Assembly (NCBI GenBank): GCA_964035545.1
Contig: OZ037771.1
Span: forward strand, 11,536,480 to 11,600,479
DNA from: Bugula neritina
Taxonomy: Eukaryota; Animalia; Bryozoa
Length of the DNA: 64,000 bases
Reading direction: 5' to 3'
The translations under genes were made by a program, and so were the position numbers. Each line of letters starts with the position of its first letter. Position 1 is the first letter of the stretch. This document shows positions 52,101 through 62,304 of the stretch, one piece after another. The notes under the pieces were generated by a model, which was not told the origin of the DNA, ran no database searches, and saw only the letters and a list, made by a program, of their open reading frames with translations.

Positions 52101-53117
52101 GCCTACGTCTCCCTCCTGAACAGAGTGAAAACGGCCCAGCATCGACCCAGCCGGGAGCTTGATAGGCTCGGTAAAGGGGTTGACACACTGCACTAAGATC
52201 TCCCCTTGCTCAGTCAGCTGATTCAGACTGCTGGCAAGTTGGATCTTTTCGTGCGCGCCTTCAACTACTCCGAGTCCAGAGATCCGGCTACTATTCACCC
52301 TGCAGTGAATGGTAGCCCGGGAGCGGCCTGGTATGATACGGTTGCGTACCACTTGCACACCTCCCACTAAAGGGCGGCCGAACTTGTCGACGCAGGCGAG
52401 TTCACGCCCGGACATCATCATTGCAGATCTGCTAAAATCTATGTGACATCCGTGCCGTTTAAGGAACGGCATCCCGAGGATAGCATCCTCCTTGAGCTGA
52501 CTGACGATGAACGTCTCTTGGATCGTTTGATCACGGACTCGTCCCGTCAGCTCAATTATACCATAGAAGGGAAGGCACGACCCGTCAGCGAGGGTGCCGT
52601 ATTCCCCTTCGTATGCTTCCATCTCGCCCCTGACCCTAGTACTGAGGGTGTCGAAGAGTTGGCGGCTTAAGAGGTTTGTGGTACAGCCCGAATCAATGAG
52701 GAAAGTAACAGCTTTGCCTTCCAGTTTACCGGGCAAGAAATAGCTGTTCCCATGGGGCTGCACCTGAACTCTCCCTTCAGGCCTTACTCTCGCAGGGAGT
52801 ACCTCCCTCGCTTTGGGTCGCGAAGGAGGTCTCTTAGGGCGGTGGTAGGTAGGCCTCGGGGGTGCCGAGGCTAGATTCTCAGCTACCTTTGTGGGCTCCC
52901 ATCCAGATTCTTGGACTTGTAGCCCTGTGAATCTGTTGTGAAGGGGCATAGAAAAGGCAGCTGCGGGGCGAAGCCCCTTGCTGGTCCGTCGTGGCTGTTG
53001 CCACTGTTGGTTGCCAGTACGCGGTACCCGTCTGGGTGACCTGCGTTTCTTCTTCCCTGGAGGTTTCATCGTCGGCCCGCGGAAGGTGGGAACATCTGCG
53101 GGCCACGGTAGTTTAAC
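49077..53117 (-). CDS. pol: Pol polyprotein (aspartic protease, RT, RNase H, integrase)
   Basis: LIDSG (protease); WRFCVDYRKLN, LPFGL and YLDD (RT); DTDAS and ELLAV (RNase H); H-H-C-C, DLVGP/SDQG/VERNNR and KLKPKFVGPY (integrase). Lies in the -1 frame relative to gag, with G TTA AAC at 53117-53111. Confidence 0.97.
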   Translation of the reverse strand, partial: VKLPWPADVPTFRGPTMKPPGKKKRRSPRRVPRTGNQQWQQPRRTSKGLRPAAAFSMPLHNRFTGLQVQESGWEPTKVAENLASAPPRPTYHRPKRPPSRPKAREVLPARVRPEGRVQVQPHGNSYFLPGKLEGKAVTFLIDSGCTTNLLSRQLFDTLSTRVRGEMEAYEGEYGTLADGSCLPFYGIIELTGRVRDQTIQETFIVSQLKEDAILGMPFLKRHGCHIDFSRSAMMMSGRELACVDKFGRPLVGGVQVVRNRIIPGRSRATIHCRVNSSRISGLGVVEGAHEKIQLASSLNQLTEQGEILVQCVNPFTEPIKLPAGSMLGRFHSVQEGDVGPSLGDATEAPPQCPIQGRGAVPTHLRELYETASGGCASNRERQAMAKLLRDYGDVFSSGEHDVGLTGIVRHEIPLTAGTVPVRQPTRRLGPEKEKEVSRQVRDLLDRGLIEPAHSAWSSPVVLVRKKDGSWRFCVDYRKLNSVTIQDAYPLPRIDESLDALAGSKYFSTLDLLSGYWQVPLSPDAQEKAAFITRDGLWKWKVLPFGLTSAPATFQRLMEQVLSGLHWKTLLVYLDDVIVISPDFETHVSRLQEVFERLRGAGLKLKPSKCALLQPEVKYLGHVVGRNGVATDPEKVRAVEDWVTPQDLTGLRAFLGLVGYYRQYIPDFAGIAQPLNRLTAKGVTWQWTPVEQEAFDRLKGCLLTAPILAYPDPTLEYILDTDASDQNVGAVLSQVQEGREVVVAYYSKSLSPAERNYCTTRKELLAVIKSVKHFRPYLYGRKFRLRTDHASLIWLCRRAEPSSQVARWLEILAEFSYRIEHRPGKRHSNADGLSRRPDGGCKQCLNIERRDGGPPRCELETLAHHGAPFDWDQGQLRQRVDESPEDVQNLRANPVLAGNVRELKKLQEELPGVVADIYRAKREGRRPSEERIRQGCAEFRLHCQRWDSLRIGQDGLLTISLAASGRHPERKRVVCPTAIRRELIWDTHKQAHAGVKRVISKLRLRWYWPQMERDVRLRVKQCEICQASKHSRPPGEAGRRRLYAGRPWQVVAVDLVGPMPLTPRGNNWILVLTDHFTRWADALAIPDASAPTVARALDQHVFCYFGLPEQIHSDQGAQFQSQLMSDLCRLWGVNQSRTTPYHPQGNGVVERNNRMLGDALRSLLLGRGQEEWDTVLPQVMRAYRSTPHTSTGETPNLLMLGRETRVPDHLTYHVPEQDNSVHEYASELVERMKAAHDILRQQQWKVRHEDSDEPPLYQRGDKVWMVNYRRRRGQADKLKPKFVGPYVVVEAMPNHTYKIERSGQVSIQNESRLKPYWASPGGVGEAPPPVVRAQETNNNARATAAWT

Positions 53118-54019
53118 CCCTGATTTAGGAAGGGACAATATCGGCGGAAATGTCCTTGATTTCCGCACTCCCAGCAAAAACTGACTGTTTCTCCCTGTGG
53201 CGGCGCCGATGGCCGCATGGGCTCAGGGGCGGTACTCACTGGGTTTTGTGGTGTCAGTGTTGCTATCAGCTTGGCTAGCATGTCCGTCAGTTGAGTGACT
53301 TTTGATGCCGTCGCCAACTGGGACACGGCAGCCGCGGCGGGGGTTTCCTCCCCTTGTCCCGCGGCCGTGTCTGCGCGGTCTATCTCCACTTGGCGGGAGC
53401 TTCCGCGACTTTTATGCATTTGATTAGCTAGGAGGTAAGCTTCCCCCTCAGTCAGAGCATCTTCAACGGTGGTGACTCCCCTAGCTAGAAACTGGTGGTG
53501 GAGACCCAGATCGTCGACAGATGCTATGAAAGCGTCGAGGGTGTACCTCTCGCGGTTGACTGGGGGCAAGTCGCTGTACGCGATCTGTGCCAGCTTCATG
53601 ACCGCGGCGGCATGCTCCCGCAGCGGGGTGCGGGGATCACGCCGCAACCTCTGCAATCAGGCCCTGGCATCTGTAGCAGAGAGGCCAAAGCGGGCCCGCA
53701 GAGAAGCAAAGATATTATCAATGTCTACACCCAGCCCATAGGGCTTGGCTTTGTCCATCAATGCCATTCTAAGCTTCAGCAAGGCCACCCTAGGGGGCCA
53801 CTGAGCGACGTCCATTACGTCGCTAAACTCTTGGATAAATTGTTCCACCTCCTCTTCACCCGTGAAGGTGGGCGCCTTTAACCTGTAGCGGTCTTCAGCT
53901 AGTTCTCGCGGAACCCTTCGCTCTTCTACTACATGGTTAACAGGCATTGTCTCTACAGCATTGTCTCTACGCTCACCTTCGATTGCCGGTGGTTGAGTTC
54001 CAGCATTTTCAGTCTCCAT
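53066..54019 (-). CDS. gag: Gag with one in-frame TGA (53659-53657) and a CCHC zinc knuckle
   Basis: ORFs 54019-53657 and 53656-53066 are contiguous and in frame. APTFTGEEEVEQFIQEF is capsid-like; CWECGNQGHFRRYC is the knuckle. Confidence 0.9.
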
Positions 54020-54031
54020 CTTGGATGCACT

Positions 54032-54049
54032 ATCCCACCGCTGCCACCA
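54032..54049 (-). promoter_or_regulatory. Primer-binding site, tRNA-Leu
   Basis: TGGTGGCAGCGGTGGGAT starts 1 nt after the 5' LTR and is complementary to the animal tRNA-Leu(AAG-type) 3' end ...AUCCCACCGCUGCCACCA. Confidence 0.88.
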
Positions 54050-54050
54050 C

Positions 54051-54355
54051 TGTTATGTTTTCCAGATTTAGGGTTGATGTGCTATCCAGAGAGTCTATTT
54101 AGTTACTATAGAACTGCACCAGGATAAGTCGAGTGAACGAGTATATTTTACACACAATTATACATCACAAAAACGATACATTATTTCCAAACAAGTTACA
54201 CATCTAATCTATTTCACACTCTAGCTTCGACTGAGTTAGCAGCGGGAAACTACAATTGCTGCTAACTATCAACTACGCTAATTGGTTATCCATTGTTCCG
54301 GGTCAATTGCGCGACCCTACATGTTGTGCTGCTGGTAGTTCCACGAACCACCACA
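54051..54355 (-). repeat. 5' LTR
   Basis: Identical to 46849-47153 and followed by the PBS on the minus strand. Confidence 0.98.
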
Positions 54356-54359
54356 ATAT

Positions 54360-57300
54360 TCAGTTGAATTGGTAAAACAAAACTGTTCTTTCTTTAAATC
54401 TTGGTACAATTAAAGTATTCCCGGAAACATACAAATCATAGACAGGAGATGAAGATCTTTCAGTAGAATCAGAAAGATGAGTCACAACTTCTCCTGCAAT
54501 GAAATAATGAAAATTAATACAAATTATATCAGTTACACTTATAAATCATACAGGGAGCACTACAAATAGAGAGAACAACTTCTTAGTATATCACATCACC
54601 AATATAAATTATACAGAGCCTATAACAGTATGTATATAATGTAGAGTACACTGGTACTAACATATTATGTAAGGAGGTTACCTGTATCACTATCCAGTAA
54701 CCAGAGAGTAGGTGTAGTACTATTATTCATCACATAAACCATTCCTCTCTGATACGCCACACCTTGAGGTTTAATCACGTGTTGAGACTCCCAACAGATT
54801 TTGCCAGTCAAAATGTCAAGTTTAAATAATCGGGAGGATTTGGTGTCAGATATAACAACATAGTTAGTCCCCACACTGCAGATAGCTGTAGCTCCAGAAC
54901 CAGTCAGTAGAGGACAAGGTAGGCTTTTCTGGAATTTCCCAGTAAAAGAGTAGAAAGTGAGTGCCTTACTAGTACGACTCGGGACTATAATCAGATCATT
55001 CACTACTGTTAATTTGTTGTAAACACTTCTGCTTTTGCCGAACCATTTGTTAACTAACTCCCCAGACAAGTCATGAACACAGACTGTGTTATAGCCACTA
55101 TCAGCACCCACTAAACTGAATACTCTGTCATTATATACTCTCACGCATTCCACATAGTTACTAAGGTTGGCAAGGGAATCACCTAATTGGTATTCTCTAT
55201 TGATCAGTTTTATAGTTTTATCATCTAACCCCACATAAGTGATACCCTCATGTTGAAATACTGAGTTACACTGTGATGGGACATCCACAGAATGGGACAA
55301 GGTCATAGACTGAGGGACAAAACCAATAAGTTTCAAGCGATTTATTAAACTGACTTCTCCGTATTGTGGATGGACAATTTCGACTTCCACTTCTCTCTTT
55401 TCATCTAAAATGTTCAAGAAATGTCAACCCAATATAGTTGAATATTAGTGAGCATTTATACTTATATTAAGAATAACTATTAAAGAATATGTATATAGAA
55501 TAAACGAAATGTAGCAGCATTTGTATAGATGGCCATAAAATATCTAAATAACAACTCGTATAGGTAGAACTAGAAACATACAACGTAGTACCACAGACTA
55601 ATGAGAAGGTAACACCCACTATTATGACTTTGAAAGAAAAACAGTTGTGCTAGAAAGCACATAACTACTTAAAAATAAATATGAAACCCTTATATCTATA
55701 TCTGGAAACGAGTAGAAAACATACATTCAACAGTGAGAAATGAAGCCGGAATTAAACTCTTTTGAGACGGTAGAAAGTCGAACCTGACCTATTGCCAAGC
55801 ATGATAAGTATTTATAAACATTTATTATTTCCCATCACCAAACCGTTTTTACCAAAGAGAGACGATTCCCTTCATTAAATACCATTTTACTAACCTTTGA
55901 CCTCCAGAGTTGCTATATTAAGCAGTTTAAGTGAAGGTAGTTTGTCAGACACCAACTTTCTCATACTGTCACATATTTCTTCATACCTGGTCACCAGATC
56001 TACCTGAATGTGTACTAATGATGGTATATTATGAGATATGAACACATTCATGGTATTAAAATTAGTGGTATATACGAGTGATTGCCATTTTGCATTTAGT
56101 TTTTATACATTTAGTTATCTATAAAAAACATTTGCCCTCACTGGGGTTCGAACCCAGGACCTCTGGCTTGCAAGCAGACGCGCTAACCATTACACTACAG
56201 GGCTTCTGGGTTAACTCAACACTACAATAATTATATCAAAACTCGCCCACACAGTCAACACAGAACAGTAAAAATAGAGCACCTGGTGACAGCTGTCAAG
56301 CTTAGTCTCTACTTGAAATTTATGTCTACTCAGCTCCGCCCATTTCACTCCAACATTTTCTTCCATGAAACGAAGTAGATCAGATTTCACAGTCTGTCTC
56401 AGTTCCACTAATTCTTCTTCTAACTTCCTGTACTTTATCTGTATTGCTTCCACCTAATAATGAATATTATAACAGTCAGGCTATGCTGTGCTAAAAGTAG
56501 CGAAAAAGGTGAAAGAAAATTTACGGTGTGAGGGCGTATTTTAGAGGTATATTTCTGAATAAACATATTACTACAACACAAATAATTTTATTTATCATAA
56601 TCTTCATTGTTTAATTTAGTACCTCACAGTAATGAGCGACTAAACTTAGTCAAGCTCAACTTCCTGTGAGATATCATAATAGGGCTGACAGACTACAGTC
56701 GAAACGCGACTGTGAACGTGTTTTCAAGGCTAAGCGTTGAACTCTGTGATGTCACAACTGTCTGATTCCTGAATGCAACTGTCAGTTTTTCGCGATGCGT
56801 TCAGCATTCGACATGTCGAACGCTCAACTTCAGCGATCAGCCAATCACTGACTAGCCAGATAAGCCCTGATTGGTTAAGTGCTTTTACTTATTCCACGTG
56901 CTACTAGTGAGCAATATTATTTGATTTGGTTCTTCAAAAATTATATTATTTTACCTAATAACATTATTATGATGAAGTTATGTATGCAAATCTTAAAAAA
57001 AATCAACTATGAAAATAAATATTTAGCAGATAAATTTAGTTAAATTTTATTAGCATATTTGGTTATTCTAATTTGGCTGAATTTTATTAGCATATTTAGT
57101 TCTTTATGCTAGTGAATGCGATTGAATAAAGCTAATAAATCTCATTAATGGAAGCTAGTAATTTTGAATAAGTGAAGTTAGTAATTTAAAATAAAAATAA
57201 CTAGTAAATCTTATTGAATTATGCTAGTAAATCTCAATAAATTGTGTTGAGTTTGATTTTTGGTTGCTGTGGATACAGCAGAAACTAAGCTACAGGATTC

Positions 57301-59822
57301 TGATTGGTTAAAAATTTACTGCGGGGCTAGAGACAGTTAGCTTTTAGCGTTTGTATCTAGTGAGCTGTAGTGTGACCAGCAAAAAGTAGGAAGTGATGTT
57401 GAAGGTATGCGTTCACAGCCGAGTTTCGACTGTAGTCTGTCAGCCCCATTACCTAATTACTATCCAATCCAGTCTAACCTGTTCAATACAAGTCTTTCGG
57501 AGTGTTCCAATCATCTTCTTCGTCTCTTTTTCAAAATAAGACACAACTTCAGATGTTTTCTTGAATAAACTGGAGAGTTGCTCTTCTCTGTCAGTTACTT
57601 GAACTTTCAACTCAACAATTTCTGTTCTTAGTTTCAACATTAGCATGTCTAGAGACATGAGTTGATGTGTCGAGCCTACAGCAGATATTAGTAAGAAATG
57701 ACAACACCATGCATAACGGGCATGTCAGACTACAGTTGAAACTGAACTGTGAACGCGAGCAGCTCGAAAAACTCGTTCACAGTTAAGTTTCAACTCTGTA
57801 GTCTGACATGCACATTAAAACATGAACAGCGAGAATAGTACTAAGTATAATGTACATCACACAGCCCTAATGACCCGTTCAGACGACAGCTTAAAATGAA
57901 CTGTCGTCGAGTGTTTGGAGGCTAAGCGTTCATAGCTCAGACGTTACAACAGTATAATTTCTAAATGCAAGGGTCTAGTTTTCTAAATGCGTTCAGGGTT
58001 CAACATGTCAAATGTAAAGAGTTGCCTTCAGCAATGAGCCTTTTTAATTGGTTGGTAGCTAAGCACTGATTGGGTGAGTGTTTCTACACTATTTTCTTAA
58101 AATCTGATTAAATAATGTCTGCAAATATAGACAAATTAGGCAAATAAATATTTAGTCAGTGAATTTGGCTGAGTAAACAGCAAAAACTAGGATGTGACAT
58201 CAGAGCTACGAATGCTTGGGCTTGAAAACACAATTGCAGTTCATTGGGAACTGTAACCCGAATAGACCTAAATAGTCACCTAACTGTATTGGTACAACCA
58301 GTAAATCAACAAAGATGGTCACACAACTCCCAATATTATTGACATGACATATAAAACAAGATGTCTAACAGACTCCTACCATCAGTACAATTAGATTCTT
58401 CAGCTGAACACTCTGCACACACAACAGAGAGACAACTCCTACAAGCCAGACTATATTCTGTATTCTTATGTACAGTGCAGAATCTTGGTGTTAGTTGTTG
58501 AGCTTTTAGTCTGTATTCACTGATAGGAATAATACGGTGGTTCATATTTTGTTTGTCATGCATCTAAAAAATACCAAAATGAGACAAAACGTTGCAATGT
58601 TATTTTTAAAATATCAAGACTGCCATAAAGTAGCAGAACACACACATTAGGAAAAAGCTGACCAAGTGAGTTTTGCTTAGTTTTTGTTGAGAGAAAACAC
58701 AAACAAATAAACTGATTTTACTAAACAAAAACATTGCTCTGTGCGTGGACAGTTATTACCAAATCAACACCGATGAATAATTCAATTAAAGTAGATAAAA
58801 ATTTAAAAAAGATGCACTACTTGTTTTGTATGGATTGACACTAAACAGACAAATTTCAATAAAACCAGCAGTCTGACTCGAAAGCTGTTTCATGTTAGTT
58901 TTTCATTCATTTACGATCGAACTTCTGTGAAATATACGTTTGTGTGAGTTTCACTAACTGTTTGTATAAGACAGAGACTAGTAAACATTTACCTCTTGAT
59001 GTTTAGCACAGTATTTGGCTGAACAAGTTATACAGTAAGTAACTGCAGCCTCATTTAAAACTCCTTTTTTAGAGCAAGTGTCACAACAGGAGTTGTCTAC
59101 TCTACATGGGAGATTGTTTACTTGAATGTCAAACAATTTTCTATAAGAAAAACAAAATAGCCTAAATGTGAGATAAAATCAACAGAAGAAAGTTCTGAAA
59201 AAACAATGAGATAACAGACTGTTGAGCTCTATTAACAACTTACCATTTTACTATGAAACAGCATGTTTTACTGATGAAATACTTTTTCAGAGTTAGACTA
59301 ATGTAGATAATACCAAATAACGTGTTTACTATGTTAGTATCAATCAGGGCATCTAAAAACAATAAAACAATATAGAAATATAACTTTTTGCACATAAAAT
59401 CTTACGCAAGTTTATAATTACTATCTCTGTGAGAAACCTCTGATGGGAAAGATTTTTGTTAAAGCGGGCTAAGGACTTATTCAGATGGGGCACAAGAGCA
59501 ATTATGACTGGATGCTCTTTCTAAAATCACCAATGGCCTTTGTCAAGGTTTGCACCCATGACTTAGTGTTTATTAAGCAAGTGCTCTAACCCCTAGACCA
59601 CGGCTGCTCCCTAATAGTATCTGAAAAAAATGGAGGTGAGACGATCTTGGTTAGAATTTACCTGCAAAAGGGGCATCTCAAAACACCCTGAATACTGACA
59701 TAATCCAACAAACAACTGAGACAATGTGAGTGACCACATGGCAAGTATCTGGGATCATCTATTTCTTCCTCTTTTTTCAAACAAAATCCACATTCTGCCT
59801 GATTATCCACAGAGTCAGACAT
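54360..59822 (-). CDS. TRIM-family protein (RING, two B-boxes, coiled coil, NHL-like beta-propeller), 608 aa
   Basis: Exons 59822-59662, 59140-58993, 58563-58380, 57675-57479, 56453-56283, 56003-55895, 55404-54682, 54493-54360 splice in frame. RING CGFC...LPCGHSHCLSC...CPFC; B-box CDTC...YCITCSAKYCAKH; B-box FCTVH...ACRSCLSVVCAEC...H; KPQGVAY propeller-like motif. Confidence 0.9.
56133..56203 (-). pseudogene. tRNA-like sequence (TGC anticodon, Ala-like): tRNA pseudogene or SINE head
   Basis: A box TAGTGTAATGG and T arm CTGGG-TTCGAAC-CCCAG are intact; the acceptor and anticodon stems are imperfect. Confidence 0.65.
56680..57448. mobile_element. MITE (Harbinger-like) in a TRIM intron
   Basis: ~38-bp TIRs GGGCTGACAGACTACAGTCGAAAC...GTTTCGACTGTAGTCTGTCAGCCC, flanked by TAA/TTA. 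Confidence 0.8.
57717..57814. mobile_element. ~100-bp palindromic mini-MITE related to the element at 56680
   Basis: GCATGTCAGACTACAGTTGAAACTGAACTGTGAACG...CGTTCACAGTTAAGTTTCAACTCTGTAGTCTGACATGC. Confidence 0.75.
57868..58271. mobile_element. Older, diverged member of the same MITE group
   Basis: Shares internal blocks GGCTAAGCGTT, ATGCGTTCAG..TTCAACATGTC and CAGCAAAAA with 56680-57448; ends are degenerate. Confidence 0.5.
59536..59611 (-). other. Degenerate tRNA-derived (SINE-head-like) sequence
   Basis: Minus strand GCCGTGGTCTAGGGGTTAGAGCAC...GTCATGGGTGCAAACC has an A box and a decayed B box. Confidence 0.4.
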
Positions 59823-60801
59823 ACTTCTAAAAACAAATAAATAATAATGTCAATAAAGTAAAAAATATATTTAAAGTAAATGAGAGAATTTCAGATAAAG
59901 TTGCCATATTTTAAATAGAACTCAAAACACGAGTTATGACATAAATGAGTAATTGAATAACTAGCTAGTTAATGACTCAGAGTTGCACTTAGTCTTACAG
60001 CTGCAGCACTAACAGTAACAGCAACACTAACAGCAACACTGTTACTTTTACCTGTAGCCGCAAGACTAAATGCAACTCCCAGTCACTAACTTGAGTGAGT
60101 AACACTAACTCAATCATAATCAGTCAATGACAATCATAAAGTGATAATCGCTATCACTATGATAATGAACTAACTACTAGTATTACTGTTACTAACAGTA
60201 ATAGTTAGACTTACTTACGCTTGCTGTTAGTGTTAATGTCACCCACTCTCAGTGTAAGTGTTAGTGTTACACTTTTACTGACTTTGACTTAGTGTTACTG
60301 TTAGTGTTCGTGATCTGCCGATCACTGACACAGTTGAACGCAAGGTCCTGGTCTATGAGTATGAGTCACGGCGGCAATCTCTCCTCAAGTTTGATTAAAA
60401 GAGTTATTACAGCTCTGTAAGATAAATACTGAGACTTTAAGTTTAGTAAGTAACCCAAGCTCAAAGATATTTATATTATGATTATCCTATAAATTGAAAA
60501 CGCATGACCGGTTACCATAACTACGGAGACTGGGACAGTCGCCTTATGAAAATCAGAAAATTCTGTTTAGCGGAAGTCAACGATAAAGAGATAAATGTAT
60601 AACGCTTGGAAACTCCATAGCGTTGTTATAGTTATAAACCGCCTGTTTTGTGAATCAGACTTCAGAGGAATAACCGATAACGCCTGTGTTAATAACGTAT
60701 TTAATTAGACTACAAAACTATTCGTTAAGTAAACCGAAAGAGTTGTCACTCCCACGTTCTTGCAAATTGCCTTCACTTTCAAGCTTTCTTTAGGATAGCA
60801 T

Positions 60802-60970
60802 AGCATACACCCCTCACTACTCTGTCAGCATACACCCCTCGCTACTCTGTCAGCATACACCCCTCACTACTCTGCCAGTATAGCATCCACCCCTCACTAC
60901 TCTGTCAGCATACACCCCTCACTACTCTGTCAGTATACACCACCACTTTTCTTTTTGTCAGCATACACCT
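60802..60970. repeat. ~25-bp minisatellite x~6 between the divergent TRIM and DGAT2-like genes
   Basis: Unit AGCATACACCCCTCACTACTCTGTC. Confidence 0.9.
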
Positions 60971-62304
60971 CTGAGCCCTGATTATGCATTAACCAGCCTG
61001 CAATATTGTTTGTAGCATTCTAGCCTGGAGTGCCTGGTAGGATCACAACGAAACTCTTCATCTTGAATGAACTCATGAATGATTAAAAATCATTTAGCTG
61101 CTATTCACAGGTACAGCTGAACTTTGGCAGGATATATTATGGGGTTAGGATGTGAATATCAATATGAAAACAAAATAGTTTACATCAACTAAGTGAAACA
61201 GCATCTATATTAAGCTCTAGCTATAGCGTGGTATGCCGTATACCAGCTATCAACTTTATATTATGCTTTTCTTCATTGACTTGAAATGTGTGACTGTGTG
61301 CATGTGAAGTATAAGTTAGTACAGATTGTTATTATTGTTAGTCAGTAGTAACAAAGCACTGTGTATAATACAGCACACGTTATGTGTAATCTTGCAAGTG
61401 TAGTGGCAATGTGCTAATTCAAATATTCAGCTCTGTTATCTACTCTTTATTTACTTGATAAGGCAACTGTAAACTACTAGCTTTTACTGTAAATTTCTTA
61501 GCTCTAGCACCTCTACTGCTTGCAGATATGTTGCTATCATAGACAAGGCGGGCAGCTTATACCAGCCATTCCTTGCCCATTTCTCTAATAAGGATTTCCT
61601 ACTAAATATTTGACACATCACTTGACAAGGTCAGTTGACTTTATATTCATGTGGTTGAGCTGCAGGCGCAGTTAGTGATAAGCTGCACACTAGACCTAGT
61701 AACTTGTTCATATTGCTACAGCAATTCATTAACCTAACTAATAAGAAGAAAGAGCCGTAAGTTAGCTCTAAGCTTTTTGACACTTCTGAATATTATATTT
61801 ATAATGCTTATAAATAGCTGCGGAGTTTCAATGCCAGTTCTCTTGTAGCATTCATATTCTTTTACCCTGCAACTCCTGGGTTTTCACTGAAGATATTTTA
61901 TTTTATTTTTACTTATTCAGCGGTGCGAGTAATTATCCATTGGCAACTTTTATTGACTTGTTTAATAAAGTCTGTCAGCAGGTTCATTTATAAGTGTTGT
62001 AGCTAATGTAAAACATGCTATAAAATATTACAAATCAGAAATCCTGCTAGAATTGCAAATCTACATCTAAATAAAACTGCCCACTAACACATGTTAAATA
62101 TGCATAGCTTCCACATACTTAAATTTAATGTTGCAGTTGCTCATGTAAGAAGTAGGAAACCACAATTACTATCGCACCTCCTAAGATAAGATAAGATAAG
62201 ATATGTAGCTATTTTAAAATGTATACTTTGGTTTGGCATGCAGTTGCTGGAAGAAGTAGAAGACTAGCTAATTACGTACTATCACACCTCATAAAAGAAT
62301 AGTG

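Larger units (their letters stand above)
46849..54355 (-). mobile_element. Full-length Ty3/Gypsy LTR retrotransposon, 7507 bp, very recent insertion
   Basis: Two 305-bp TG..CA LTRs, identical on base-by-base reading; ATAT TSD at 46845-46848 and 54356-54359; PBS and PPT present; domain order gag-PR-RT-RH-IN. Confidence 0.98.

Noticed and set aside
53657-53659. Programmed stop-codon readthrough in gag
   Set aside because: The stop is mid-capsid, the TGA-TTG context is not the usual TGA-CTA signal, and CGA>TGA restores ARARLQRL. A point mutation is simpler.
47468-54127. Plus-strand and alternative-frame ORFs inside the Gypsy element
   Set aside because: They are shadows of GC-rich gag/pol/ORF3 codons with no recognisable motifs.
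56133-56203. Functional tRNA-Ala gene
   Set aside because: The acceptor and anticodon stems are imperfect; kept as a pseudogene or SINE head.
59238-59265. ATG|GTAAGT as the first TRIM exon
   Set aside because: Its phase is incompatible with the next exon and gives an immediate stop; the RING exon at 59822-59662 fits in phase 2.
60000-60310. ACTAAC/GTTAGT-rich inverted low-complexity tract as a structured ncRNA
   Set aside because: Low-complexity sequence gives short inverted matches by chance, and no RNA family features are visible.
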